64,000 nucleotides of DNA, taken from assembly GCF_964355755.1 (NCBI RefSeq), contig NC_092673.1, positions 34,903,648 to 34,967,647 of the forward strand. Direction: 5' to 3'. The first letter of the stretch is position 1. Each line of letters starts with the position of its first letter. The notes beneath the pieces were generated by a model. It did not search any database. It was not told where the DNA came from and saw nothing but the letters and a program-made list of their open reading frames with translations. Shown one piece after another: positions 12,801-26,400 of this stretch. The stretch is from Antedon mediterranea. Lineage: Eukaryota; Animalia; Echinodermata. A program made the position numbers and the translations under genes.

Positions 12801-15800
12801 TTCAATTGAAGTATCAACATTAGCTTGTTTATTAAAATTCTCTCCAGAATTAAAAACTCTTGTTATGCGTAATTGCCATCTTTCAGGTTGTATTATAAAA
12901 GATTTACTGAATGAATGTGATGAAAACAAAGTGGTATTGAAACCTGACATGCTATATCTAGAGGGAAATAATCTTTCAAAAATTGATGGTGTTACACTAT
13001 TTAGGTTGGTAGATCTAATTGATATGGATAATGACACTTTCAAATTTTCTGATTATAGCCTGTCAGTTGACCACCTGAAAAGTCTTATAGATGTCTGTTG
13101 TGAACATGGTAATATATTGATATGGGAAGAGTTGATTTTAAGTGGGCTCAACCTATCTTCAATTGAAGGATCAAAATTAGCTAGTTTAATTAAATTCTCT
13201 CCACAACTTAAATGTCTTAATATGAGAAATTGCCATCTCTCAGGTAGTATTATAAAAGATTTATTGAATGAATGTGATAAAAACAATGTGGTATTGAAAC
13301 CTAAATTGCTTGATCTTAAGGAAAACAATTTGTCAGGTATTGATGGTAGTACACTATTTAGGTTGGTAGATTCAAATTGTATGAATTATTCTACTTTTAA
13401 ATGGAAAGATTATAGCCTGTCAATAGATAACCTAAGAGGTCTTGCAGATGCCTGTTATGAACATGATAGGATATTGACATGGAAGAAGTTGGATTTAAGT
13501 CGAATTAACCTATGTTCAATTGAAGGATCAAAATTAGCTTGTTTATTAAAATTCTCTCCACAACTAGAACATCTTGATATGAGTGAGTGTAATCTCTCAG
13601 GTAGTATTATAAAAGATTTATTGAATGAATGTGATAAAAACAATGTGATATTAAAGCGAGGTATGGTTGATGTAACGAAAAACAATCTTTCAGATATTGA
13701 TGTTGATACACTATATAAGTTGGTGGATTCAGATTGTACGCATTATTTAATGTTTAAATTTTGTGATCATAGCCTGTCAGTTGACCACCTGAAAAGTCTT
13801 ATAGATGTATGTTGTGAACATGGTAGGATATTGATATGGGAAGAGTTGAGTTTAAGTAAGATTAACTTAGCTTCAATTGAAGGATCAAAATTAGCTTGCT
13901 TATTAAAATTCTCTCCACAATTACAAAATCTTAATATGAGAAATTGCCATATTTCAGGTAGTATTCTAAAAGATTTATTGAATGAATGTGATAAAAACAA
14001 TGTGGTATTGAAACCTAAATTGCTTGATCTTGAGGAAAACAATTTGTCAGGTATTGATGGTAGTACACTATTTAGGTTAGTGGATTCAAATTGTATGAAT
14101 TATTCTACTTTTAAATGGCAAGATTGTAGCCTGTCAGTTGATAACCTAAGAGGTCTTGCAGATGCCTGTTATAAACATGGTAGGATATTGACATGGGAAC
14201 AGTTGAATTTAAGGTGGATTAACCTAGCTTCCATTAAAGGATCACAATTAGCTTGTTTATTAAGATTCTCTCCACAATTACAAATTCTTGATATGAGAAA
14301 TTGCCATATTTCAGGTAGTATTATAAAAGATTTATTGAATGAATGTGATAAAAACAATGTGGTATTGAAACGTTATATGCTTGATCTAGAGGGAAACAAT
14401 CTTTCAGATATTGATGGTGTTACACTATTTAAGTTGGTAGATTCAAATTGTATGAATTATTCTACTTTTGAATGGAAAGATTATAGCCTGTCAGTTGATA
14501 ACCTAAGAGGTCTTGCAGATGCCTGTTATGAACATGGTAGGATATTGACATGGGAACAGTTGAATTTAAGTAGGATTAACTTAGCTTCAATTGAAGTATC
14601 AACATTAGCTTGTTTATTAAAATTCTCTCCAGAATTAAAAACTCTTGTTATGAGTAATTGCCATCTTTCAGGTTGTATTATAAAAGATTTACTGAATGAA
14701 TGTGATGAAAACAAAGTGGTATTGAAACCTGACATGCTATATCTAGAGGGAAATAATCTTTCAAAAATTGATGGTGTTACACTATTTAGGTTGGTAGATC
14801 TAATTGATATGGATAATGACACTTTCAAATTTTCTGATTATAGCCTGTCAGTTGACCACCTGAAAAGTCTTATAGATGTCTGTTGTGAACATGGTAAGAT
14901 ATTGATATGGGAAGAGTTGATTTTAAGTGGGCTCAACCTATCTTCAATTGAAGGATCAAAATTAGCTAGTTTAATTAAATTCTCTCCACAACTTAAATGT
15001 CTTAATATGAGAAATTGCCATCTCTCAGGTAGTATTATAAAAGATTTATTGAATGAATGTGATAAAAACAATGTGGTATTGAAACCTAAATTGCTTGATC
15101 TTAAGGAAAACAATTTGTCAGGTATTGATGGTAGTACACTATTTAGGTTGGTAGATTCAAATTGTATGAATTATTCTACTTTTGAATGGAAAGATTATAG
15201 CCTGTCAATAGATAACCTAAGAGGTCTTGCAGATGCCTGTTATGAACATGATAGGATATTGACATGGGAACAGTTGAATTTAAGGTGGATTAACCTATCT
15301 TCAATGGAAGGATCAAAATTAGCTTGTTTATTAAAATTCTCTCCACAATTACAAAATCTTGATATGAGAAATTGCCATATTTCAGATAGTATTATAAAAG
15401 ATTTATTGAATGAATGTGATAAAAACAATGTGGTATTGAAACCTAAAATGCTTGATCTAAGGTTAAACAATTTGTCAGGTATTGATGTTAATACACTATT
15501 TAGGTTGGTTGATTTAATTGATATGGATGATGACACTTTTGAATGGTGTGATTATAGCCTATCAGTTAATAACATTAGATGTCTTGCAGATGCCTGTCAT
15601 GAACATTGTAAGATATTGACATGGAAAAAGTTGAATTTAAGGTGGATTAACCTATCTTCAATGGAAGGATCAAAATTAGCTTGTTTATTAAAGTTCTCTC
15701 CACAACTTAAACGTCTTAATATAAGTAATTGCCATCTTTCAGGTGGTAATGTTAAAGACTTATTGAATGAATGTGATAAAATCAATGTGGTATTGAAAAC

Positions 15801-18498
15801 TGGCATGTTTGATCTAACGGCAAACAATTTATCAGGTATTGATGTTAGTACACTATATAGGTTGGTAGATTTAGATTGTACGTTTTATTTAATGTTTAAA
15901 TTTTTTGACCATAGCCTGTCAGTTGACCACCTGAAAAGTCTTATAGATGTCTGTTGTGAACATGGTAAGATATTGATATGGGAAGAGTTGAGTTTAAGTG
16001 GGCTCAACCTATCTTCAATTGAAGGATCAAAATTAGCTAGTTTAATTAAATTCTCTCCACAACTTAAATGTCTTAATATGAGAAATTGCCATCTCTCAGG
16101 TAGTATTATAAAAGATTTATTGAATGAATGTGATAAAAACAATGTGGTTTTGAAACAAGGCAATCTTGATCTGACGGAAAACAATTTGTCGTGTATTGAT
16201 GGTTTAACACTATTTAGGCTGGTGGACCTCATTGATACGAATGATGACTATTTTAAATGGAATGATTATAGCCTATTAGGTAATAACCTAAGAGGTCTTA
16301 TAGATGCCTGTTATGAACATGGTAGGATATTGACATGGAAAAAGTTGAATTTAAGTGGGATTAACTTAGCTTCAATTGAAGGATCAAAATTAGCTTGTTT
16401 ATTAAAATTCTCTCCACAACTACAACGTCTTGATATGAGTAATTGCCATCTCTCAGGTAGTATTATAAAAGATTTATTGAATGAATGTGATAAAAACAAT
16501 TTTGTATTGAAACCTGGCATGCTGGATCTAGAGGGAAATAATCTTTCAAAAATTGATGGTTTTACACTGTTTAGGTTGATTGATCTAATTGATATGGATG
16601 ATGACACTTTTAAATGGTGTGATTATAGCTTGTCAGTTAATAACCTAAGAGGTCTTGCAGATGCCTGTTATGAACATGGTGGGATATTGACATGGAAAAG
16701 GTTGAATTTACGGGAGATTAATCTAGCTTCAATTGAAGGATCAAAATTAGCTTGTTTAATCAAATTCTCTCCACAATTAAAACGTCTTGATATGAGAACT
16801 TGCCATCTGTCAGGTAGTATTATGAAAGATTTATTTAATGAATGTGATACAAACAATGTGGTATTGAAGCCTAGCATGCTGGATCTAGATGGGAACAATC
16901 TTTCAGATATTGATAGTGTTTCACTTTTCAGGTTGGTAGATTGTATGAATTATGAAATGTTTAAATGGTATGACTATAGCCTGTCATTTCATGACCAAAG
17001 AGGTCTTATAGATGCCTGTTATGAACATGGTAGGATATTGACATGGGAACAGTTAAATTTAAGAGGGATTAACCTAGCTTCCATTGAAGTATCAACATTA
17101 GCTTGTTTATTAAAATTCTCTCCAGAATTAAAAACTCTTGATATGAGTAATTGCCATCTTTCAGGTTGTATTATAAAAGATTTACTGAATGAATGTGATG
17201 AAAAAAAAGTGGTATTGAAACCTGACATGCTATATCTAGAGGGAAATAATCTTTCAAAAATTGATGGTGTTACACTATTTAGGTTGGTAGATCTAATTGA
17301 TATGGATAATGACACTTTCACATTTTCTGATTATAGCCTGTCAGTTGATAACCTAAGAGATCTTATAGATGCCTGTTATGAACATGGTAGGATATTCACT
17401 TGGGAAAAATTGAATTTAAGCAGCCTTAACTTAGCTTCCATTGAATTATCTAAACTAGCCTTATTATTACAATTCTCACCACAACTAATGTGTCTTGATA
17501 TGAGTAATTGTCATATCTCAGGTAATATTATTAATGATTTACTCAATCAATGTGATAAAAACAATGTGGTAATAAAACCTGAAATGCTGAATCTAGAAGA
17601 AAACAATCTGTCAAAAATAGATGGTGTTTCACTTTTTAAGTTGGTGCATTGTATGACTTATTCCACGTTTGAATGGAGGCGTGATTATAGCCTGTCGGTT
17701 GATAACCTACAAGAACTTGTAGATATCTGTAAGGTTAATGATAGTAAGTTGACATGGAATTATTTAGATTTAAATGGACTTAACCTTGTAGCATCCACTT
17801 TAGCTGGTTTAATACAATTCTCTCCATTTCTGGAACATCTCAGTTTGGAAAATTGCAATCGTTCGGGTGGAATGATGATGTCTGTATTGAATGAATGTGA
17901 AGGAAATGGAATAGTATTGAAGAAAGGTATGCTGAACCTGATGGGCAATGACCTTTCAGATATCACAGATGAAACATCAGTTGCTAAATTAGAATGGATC
18001 AGTAGTAGTCATAATTTGTTTTCTAATCCAGTCTCACGTTTAGACAACTTAGAAAATGAAAACTCAAATTTAAGTAACTTAGGAAATGAAAATTCTAATT
18101 TAGACAACCTGGGGAATGAAAACTCAGATTTAGACAACTTAGGAAATAGCAACTCAAATTTAAACAACAATGAAAACTCTGATTTAGACAACTTAGGATA
18201 TGAAAACTCAGATTTAGACAATTTAGAAAATGAAAACTCAGATTTAGTAAATACAGAAATCTCTGATGATCAAAAATCAGATTATACAAACACAGATCTA
18301 GAAAACACTGACATTTCTGATGACCAAGACAATTCAGATCTAGAAAACACTGACATCTGTGATGACCAAGACAATTCAGATCCAGGAATTGCAAACAAAT
18401 CTAAAGTGGCTCTAATAATGTATTTTTTCAATTACTTTTTACTTTTTATTTTCCTTATGTATATTTTCAATTTTTTATTTGGCCTACATTTATTTTAG
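9824..18498 (+). CDS. NLR copy 1, giant exon: NACHT NTPase, LRR super-repeat array, acidic spacer, hydrophobic tail
   Basis: tttacag|CT phase-1 acceptor; uninterrupted ~2890-codon frame. Walker A GKGGMGKT, Walker B ILLDGLDE, sensor TSRP, EVNGFS, PLLLLLICSIW, winged-helix HKLVSEALAGFYL, then LxxLxLxxN/C repeats. Confidence 0.95.
12030..17965 (+). repeat. Coding tandem repeat: 17 x 357 bp (119 aa, four LRRs per unit)
   Basis: FSP codons at 12124, 12481, 12838, 13195, 13552, 13909, 14266, 14623, 14980, 15337, 15694, 16051, 16408, 16765, 17116, 17473 and 17818. Confidence 0.95.
18040..18380 (+). repeat. Coding low-complexity repeats (ENSDLDNLGN 30 bp; DLENTDISDDQDNS 42 bp)
   Basis: Repeated gaaaactcagatttagacaacttagga and gatctagaaaacactgacat units. 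Confidence 0.85.
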
Positions 18499-18780
18499 AA
18501 TCATAAATCATATTGCTTTTTATAATATCACACTGAAAAGGGGAAATTGTTAAGAAGGTTGAAGATGTATTATCCCCCGAAAAAATAACGATTGTTGTTT
18601 TTCAACCTCTATTTTATTGGAACATCCCTACATATCAATGGGACCGTCGGCTAGTACGGGACCCCTTAGTGGGACCATCTCCGTGTATTACCATCATTTC
18701 TTTCTGTATTGTTGTTGAGCAAAGTACGAAAACAAAAGAACGAACTAATTCCGAGAATTTACAGCTGACTAGCTGAAATT

Positions 18781-19731
18781 AACGTTGCCTATTGAAGGAG
18801 GGCAAAAATATCATAGATACGTTGAAATTCGTTGCTCTTGCTCCCATTGCAGCAGGGCAGAAATATCATAGATATGTACGTTGTAAATCGTTGCCCTTGC
18901 TCCTATGAAGCAGGGCAGAAATATTATAGATACGTTGAAAATCGTTGCCCTTGCTCCTATTGAAGCAGGGCAGAAATATCATAGATACGTTGAAAATCGT
19001 TGCCCTTGCTCCTATGAAGCAGGGCAGAAATATTATAGATACGTTGAAAATCGTTGCCCTTGCTCCTATTGAAGCAGGGCAGAAATATTATAGATACGTT
19101 GAAAATCGTTGCCCTTGCTCCTATGAAGCAGGGCAGAAATATTATAGATACGTTGAAAATCGTTGCCCTTGCTCCTATTGAAGCAGGGTAGAAATATTAT
19201 AGATACGTTGAAAATCGTTGCCCTTGCTCCTATGAAGCAGGGCAGAAATATTATAGATACGTTGACAATCGTTGACCTTGCTCACATTGAAGCAGGGCAG
19301 AAATATTATAGATATGTTGGAAATCGTTGCCCTTGCTCCTATTGAAGCAGGGCAGAAATATCATAGATACGTTGAAAATCGTTGCCCTTGCCCCTATTGC
19401 AGCAGGGCAGAAATATTATAGATATGTTGAAAATCGTTGCCCTTGCTCCTATTGAAGCAGGGCAGAAATATTATAGATACGTTGAAAATCGTTGCCCTTG
19501 CTCCTATGAAGCAGGGCAGAAATAGTATAGATACGTTGACAATCGTTGCCCTTGCTCCTATTGAAGTAGGGCAGAAATATTATAGATACGTTAAAAACTG
19601 TTGCCCTTGTTTGTAGAACGGAACAGAAATATTACTTTACCTTACCGGAGTATAATCTCTCCGAGTAGGCTAGCATAGCTGATTGATACGTTGCAAACCG
19701 TTGCCCTCGTGGTTCATTCACGGGGCAGAAA
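18781..19731. repeat. 56-57-bp tandem repeat with internal inverted repeat, ~15 copies with degenerate edges
   Basis: Unit gaagcagggcagaaatattatagatacgttgaaaatcgttgcccttgctcctatt. Confidence 0.92.
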
Positions 19732-19776
19732 TACAGAATACAAAGGAATCAGTCCTGCATTTATTATTATTTATGT

Positions 19777-21208
19777 ATTTGTATACATGTTAAGTACTGT
19801 AGCCTGTATCATTGTCTATTATTTGTATACATGTTAAGTACTGTAGCCTGTATCATTGTCTATTATTTGTATACATGTTAAGTACTGTAGCCTGTATCAT
19901 TGTCTATTATTTGTATACATGTTAAGTACTGTAGCCTGTATCATTGTCTATTATTTGTATACATGTTAAGTACTGTAGCCTGTATCATTGTCTATTATTT
20001 GTATACATGTTAAGTACTGTAGCCTGTATCATTGTCTATTATTTGTATACATGTTAAGTACTGTAGCCTGTATCATTGTCTATTATTTGTATACATGTTA
20101 AGTACTGTAGCCTGTATCATTGTCTATTATTTGTATACATGTTAAGTACTGTAGCCTGTACCATTGTCTATTATTTGTATACATGTTAAGTACTGTAGCC
20201 TGTATCATTGTCTATTATTTGTATACATGTTAAGTACTGTAGCCTGTATCATTGTTTATTATTTGTATAAATGTTAAGTACTGTAGCCTGTATAATTGTC
20301 TATTATTTGTATACATGTTAAGTACTGTAGCCTGTATCATTGTCTATTATTTGTATACATGTTAAGTACTGTAGCCTGTATCATTGTCTATTATTTGTAT
20401 ACATGTTAAGTACTGTAGCCTGTATCATTGTCTATTATTTGTATACATGTTAAGTACTGTAGCCTGTATCATTGTCTATTATTTGTATACATGTTAAGTA
20501 CTGTAGCCTGTATCATTGTCTATTATTTGTATACATGTTAAGTACTGTAGCCTGTATCATTGTCTATTATTTGTATACATGTTAAGTACTGTAGCCTGTA
20601 TCATTGTCTATTATTTGTATACATGTTAAGTACTGTAGCCTGTACCATTGTCTATTATTTGTATACATGTTAAGTACTGTAGCCTGTATCATTGTCTATT
20701 ATTTGTATACATGTTAAGTACTGTAGCCTGTATCATTGTCTATTATTTGTATACATGTTAAGTACTGTAGCCTGTATCATTGTTTATTATTTGTATACAT
20801 GTTAAGTACTGTAGCCTGTATCATTGTCTATTATTTGTATACATGTTAAGTACTGTAACCTGTATCATTGTCTATTATTTGTATACATGTTAAGTACTGT
20901 AGCCTGTATCATTGTCTATTATTTGTATACATGTTAAGTACTGTAGCCTGTATCATTGTCTATTATTTGTATACATGTTAAGTACTGTAGCCTGTATCAT
21001 TGTCTATTATTTGTATACATGTTAAGTACTGTAGCCTGTATCATTGTCTATTATTTGTATACATGTTAAGTACTGTAGCCTGTATCATTGTCTATTATTT
21101 GTATACATGTTAAGTACTGTAGCCTGTATCATTGTCTATTATTTGTATACATGTTAAGTACTGTAGCCTGTATCATTGTCTATTATTTGTATACATGTTA
21201 AGTACTGT
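19777..21208. repeat. 44-bp tandem repeat, ~32 copies
   Basis: Unit atttgtatacatgttaagtactgtagcctgtatcattgtctatt at 19777, 19821, 19865 and onward. Confidence 0.97.
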
Positions 21209-21493
21209 ATGTTTATCATTGCATTATAGTTATATTTCTTTCTTGTATTATTACCTCATACGGTAAAATCTTTATTAATGGACACTTGTTGGATAAATGA
21301 GAGAAAGTTGTACAACCTCAGTTAAGTCATACTTAAAAGACACTTCTTCATTGTCTGAAAATATATGAAAACTGTAGAAAATAGTAGCCAGAGAAAGCAC
21401 TCCTATTGAAAAAAAAATATTTGTTTTGGTGCCAAAAGTGTCCCTTAAATATAATTCTACTGTATCTTAATTATACTGAATAATGTAGCAGTT

Positions 21494-21977
21494 ATTTTAT
21501 ATCTTGTATTTGTAGTTAAGTTTAATGTTGAAGTATATATTTATACTGTGCACAGATCACGTGCTTTAAGTAATTTTATATCTTGTATTTGTAGTTAAGT
21601 TTAATGTTGAAGTATATATTTATACTGTGCACAAATCACTTGCTTTTAAGTCATTTTATATCTTGTATTTGTAGTTAAGTTTAATGTTGAAGTATATATT
21701 TATACTGTGCACAGATCACTTGCTTTTAAGTCATTTTATATCTTGTATTTGTAGTTAAGTTTAATGTTGAAGTATATATTTATACTGTGCACAGATCACT
21801 TGCTTTTAAGTCATTTTATATCTTTTATTTGTAGTTAAGTTTAATGTTGAAGTATATATTTATACTGTGCACAGATCACTTGCTTTTAAGTCATTTTATA
21901 TCTTGTATTTGTAGTTAAGTTTAATGTTGAAGTATATATTTATACTGTTCACAGATCACTTGCTTTTAAGTCATTTT
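21494..21977. repeat. 80-bp tandem repeat, 6 copies
   Basis: ttttatatcttgtatttgtagttaagtttaatgttgaag...ttaagtca with period 80. Confidence 0.93.
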
Positions 21978-22105
21978 TTCTGAATCTATAAATTACAATT
22001 AAATCAATCAAATGTTGTATTTCTATCAGATATGTTGAAGAGATGAATAAAATGGATTAAAAATGTATGAGAGTATATTGCTTTCTTTGTTGTAGTTTTA
22101 TTTAT

Positions 22106-22390
22106 TGATGATTTTATATATAAATGACGACAACAGTATACATAGTGATCTACTTCCTGATGATTTAGATATAAATGACGACAACAGTATACATAGTGAT
22201 CTACTTCCTGATGATTTAGATATAAATGACGACAACAGTATACATAGTGATCTACTTCCTGATGATTTTATATATAAATGACGACAACAGTATACATAGT
22301 GATCTACTTCCTGATGATTTAGATATAAATGACGACAACAGTATACATAGTGATCTACTTCCTGATGATTTAGATATAAATGACGACAAC
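22106..22390. repeat. 51-bp tandem repeat, ~5.5 copies
   Basis: tgatgatttagatataaatgacgacaacagtatacatagtgatctacttcc. Confidence 0.92.
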
Positions 22391-23490
22391 TGTACTCATC
22401 TTCTTTGTTTCACCATCATAATGAATGTTGTGCACCATCTTCAGCATTGTAATTATAATATCACCATCATTTTACCATCATCATTGGTATATCATTTTCA
22501 TCATTGTTATATTGTATCAACTTTATCATTGTTAGTACCAGCTTTGTAATTGTCCTTCTTATACCATCTTAACATCATGTTACCACCATCATTATCTCAG
22601 TCTATTTTTTATATATATTCATTAAAAAATGTTTCTCAAGGGAAAACCTCTTTTGAATACTATAATATTACGGGGATGTTGAAAACATAGAGGGCAGACT
22701 TTGATAGGCACCATTTTGGTCTCTGAATTGTGTTACTGATATTGATAAAGTGAATGCCATATAATAATACGTCCCTGGATGCACGTGTTCTAATTTCAAA
22801 GACGTATCTGGGCCTAGACGTAGGAGGCCTAGAGGTAAGGAATTAAAATATATTAAAATAATGTTTTATAATCAAACTTTTTATTTAGTAAACGGTGCCT
22901 TTATTTAATTTCGAAAAGATACTCAGGACTCCTGACAAGAGGAGGTTGGCGAATAGGCGCCCGTACTAAAATAAGCCTCTCTGTTAATATTATAGCTAGG
23001 CCCTAGGCCTAGCTAGGATAATGTATGCATTCAGCATCAAATCAACTCGGACTGTACCATGCACACTGGATGTAGGCCTATTACGCCTGCCTGTATGTAG
23101 CATTTGTAATGGGGGATGCGAGCGAAGCGAGCAACAATGGCTGGGGGGCCAGGAGGCCGCCAAGGGCCCCCGGTCAGGGTCCAGGGGCCTTCAGCCCTGG
23201 CAAAATTTGCGTTATTTGACGTTCTAAAACTGATTTAAGACTCTTTGTTGTGGCTTGAGCTAGTTGAACGATGGACACCAGAACTTAACGCTTTCGTGAT
23301 GTTTAAAGGCCAACTCAGACAGCGTCGTACGACGCTGTCTGAGTTGGCCTTCCTTCCCATGTTTAGGCGCCGTATTCAATAGTGTCTGTATTTCAAGCAA
23401 ACACTTTACCGCGTACCGCGTACATGAAGCGCTAAGCTATTGCTTGTCGTCACATGATCGACTGCGCATGTTTTTTTACATCAAGTTTGT

Positions 23491-26400
23491 GATAGAGATC
23501 CTGCTGCAGACTGTCTGCCATGCGGTATGTCTGCCAGGCGGTATGTCCGCCAGGGGAACATATTTTCGACGATACCATTTTGTTTAAGGGAAAATATCTG
23601 TACTTTGTTTCTGTAATGTCTGCAAGGCGGTATGTCTGCCAGCCAGGGGGAACATACTCCTGACGATACCATTTTTTTAGAGGGAAAAATTATATGTACT
23701 TTGTTTCTGTAAGTAAATTGCGTTACTAAACCGTCACTTTTCCTAAAGTTGCGTCGACATATCCAAATGACAGTTTGATAGACCATAATCCGAGGTGTTT
23801 TGTAATACTATTATATATTATTAACTATCATAGCTAGGCCGGGCCTCCTGCGCAGCATATTATTATACTATTATTGTTATTCTACTGTGTACTACATTGG
23901 CCATTATTACCGAATTACTGTATATCTGATTCTTCATAATTTCAAAATCATATTAATTTTTCATATCATTTTTATTGTTTCACAGTACATACAGTTTTAT
24001 AAAACAGATGACAAGAACAAGCCTTGTTAAAAATGATGTGTGGAATCTAAAAAAAAAAGGATTTTGTCTGAGTTTCCAAAAGACATTAAACATTACAATG
24101 TAAAAACATAAAAAGACTTCCTAAACCTGAGATATAATTTATAAATTCCATAGGAGCAAGCGTATTAACTATCATGAATATTGATAGATTGACTTATTAT
24201 TTGTATTTTTTTAAAGAAAGTAAGGTTCGGGTAATAATTTAGGCCTAAAGTTTAATCAATGTAACATTCATTATGATTATTGTTTTATACACCCTAATTT
24301 AAGTAGCATATCTTTCAGAATACTACAGAATACTGTAGCAGAAATATTACAGACAAACTGTAAATTCAAACATACTGCACCCTTCAACACAGTGCATTTA
24401 ATTAAGACATTTGTAATAGTAAAACGAAAGGCTTGTAGACGAATGGACAAATGACATCTGCATGCAAAAATAAGGTTAAGTTAGTAAAAATGGATAAATT
24501 GGGTTATGAAAATATTCATACTTGTGTCTACTGTTTTGTCTTAATTTTAAATCAACTTTTTTCGACTAATTTTTGGTGAAAGTTAATAACTATTATGATA
24601 CTTCAAAATGACCAATTTTTTTTCGAAATATTAATTTTTTTAAACAATTTTTTTGTTGTTGAATTAGTCAAAGAGACAATACATCTTAACGTTGAAATAA
24701 GATTGAAAAACAAACGTAATAATGGCCTTAACACAATGTAATTTCAACCTTTATTCAATGTTGAAAAAATGTTGTCATTTTAACCAAAAATGCCAACTGG
24801 ATTTTAACGTTGAATTAACGTTAACATTATATTGTGTTATAAACACAATGTTCAATTCAAATCATGTTGCCATTTTAACCAAAAGCCAGCTCGATTATAA
24901 CGTTAAATTATCGTTGAAATGAGATTGCTAAAGAAACGCACACACTAGATTGGATCACTGTCTCGAAAAGCGGACCTCTGGAAATAATACTTTCTCAAAA
25001 TTTGGACCGGTGATGTGGAACGAACTCCCGTCTGTGATCCGGGAACAAACCACGGTTTTAAAATTTAAAAAAGCCCTCAAAACACATCTATTTCCTAAGA
25101 AGTGACTGATTGTTGGGTGTGCTGATGTAAAGCGCTATGATCATGTTATACTAATTTGGAAAAGCGCTATATAAATAAAATAATAATAATGATAATAATA
25201 ATAACGTAATACTGTAAAGGGGTTAAAACATGAAAGCATAATTTATAACTACCTACTTTCAATCTTTTTTCAACATTGAAAACATATCATTTAAACCAAA
25301 ATCGACTGGATTTCAACGTTAAATTAACATTGATAATAAACGTAAACGGTTGGGCGATTACATCAACGGCTTATCTGATGTTTATATAGAACGTACCTGT
25401 TGCTATATTATAATTGATTCATAATGTACTAAATACAAATTTATCTAAAGATGCCCTTAAACTCTCTCTGGCGGACAATTCGGTTACACAAGGTGTAGGT
25501 TTATCCCTTCACACCATACCCCCTCCGTTCAACATATTGACCAAACATGAACTAACGCCCCCTCTCCATCCAAGCTCAAATACACGATCACAACCAAACA
25601 AATTATTTAGTTAAAAAAAGAACTTAGGCCCGTCAAAAAACTCTCTCTGGTGGACAAACTGCATATTAGGCATATATCTTCAGGCCTATTAAAACAAACT
25701 GCATTTCTCTGCTATTTTTAAACGGACATTCAAAAACGGTACGATGTATAGTCAAGACTCATAATTTGTCACCTTCTGGAAGTAGGCCTATCATTAAAAA
25801 AATTAAATGTATATCATATTTTTTTCGGTGACAGAATATTGTAAATTAATAAACTCTCTCTTTAGTGGATAGTTGGGATATATTTTACGTTATAACAAAT
25901 ATTGGCACGTTTTTGGGCGATGAAATCAACGGCTTATCTGATGTTTATGTATAAAGTACATGTTGCCTGTTAAAATTTGTAATTGATCCATATAAATGTA
26001 AATATAAATTAATGTAAAGATGCACTTAAAAGCTCTCTCTGGCGGACACTGTTACAGTTACACACGATGTAGGCATATCCATTCACACCATACCCCCTCC
26101 GTTCAACATATTATCGACCAAACATGAACTCCCCCACCCCCTCCCCATCCAAGCTCAAATACACGATCACACCTAGACAAATTATTTAGTTTAAAAATTC
26201 AAAAACTTCCACTGGTGGACAAACTGCATATTAGATAGTTATATTAACTGTTATAATATAGAGAGTGCAATCTGTCACAGGGGTACCTTTTCTTTTTCTT
26301 TAATACTCATCCAACAGCGAGTAACCCGCCAATTACAGGATGGATAAACTATTTAATAATTTCACAAGACAAACATATACACAAGATGCTCTACATAAAC

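Noticed and set aside
10596-18394. Periodic minus-strand ORFs
   Set aside because: Antisense shadows of the NLR exon, repeating with the 357-bp period.
22226-22549. 107-aa Asp-rich ORF
   Set aside because: It derives from the 51-bp repeat and low-complexity cat-rich sequence, with no splice or homology support.
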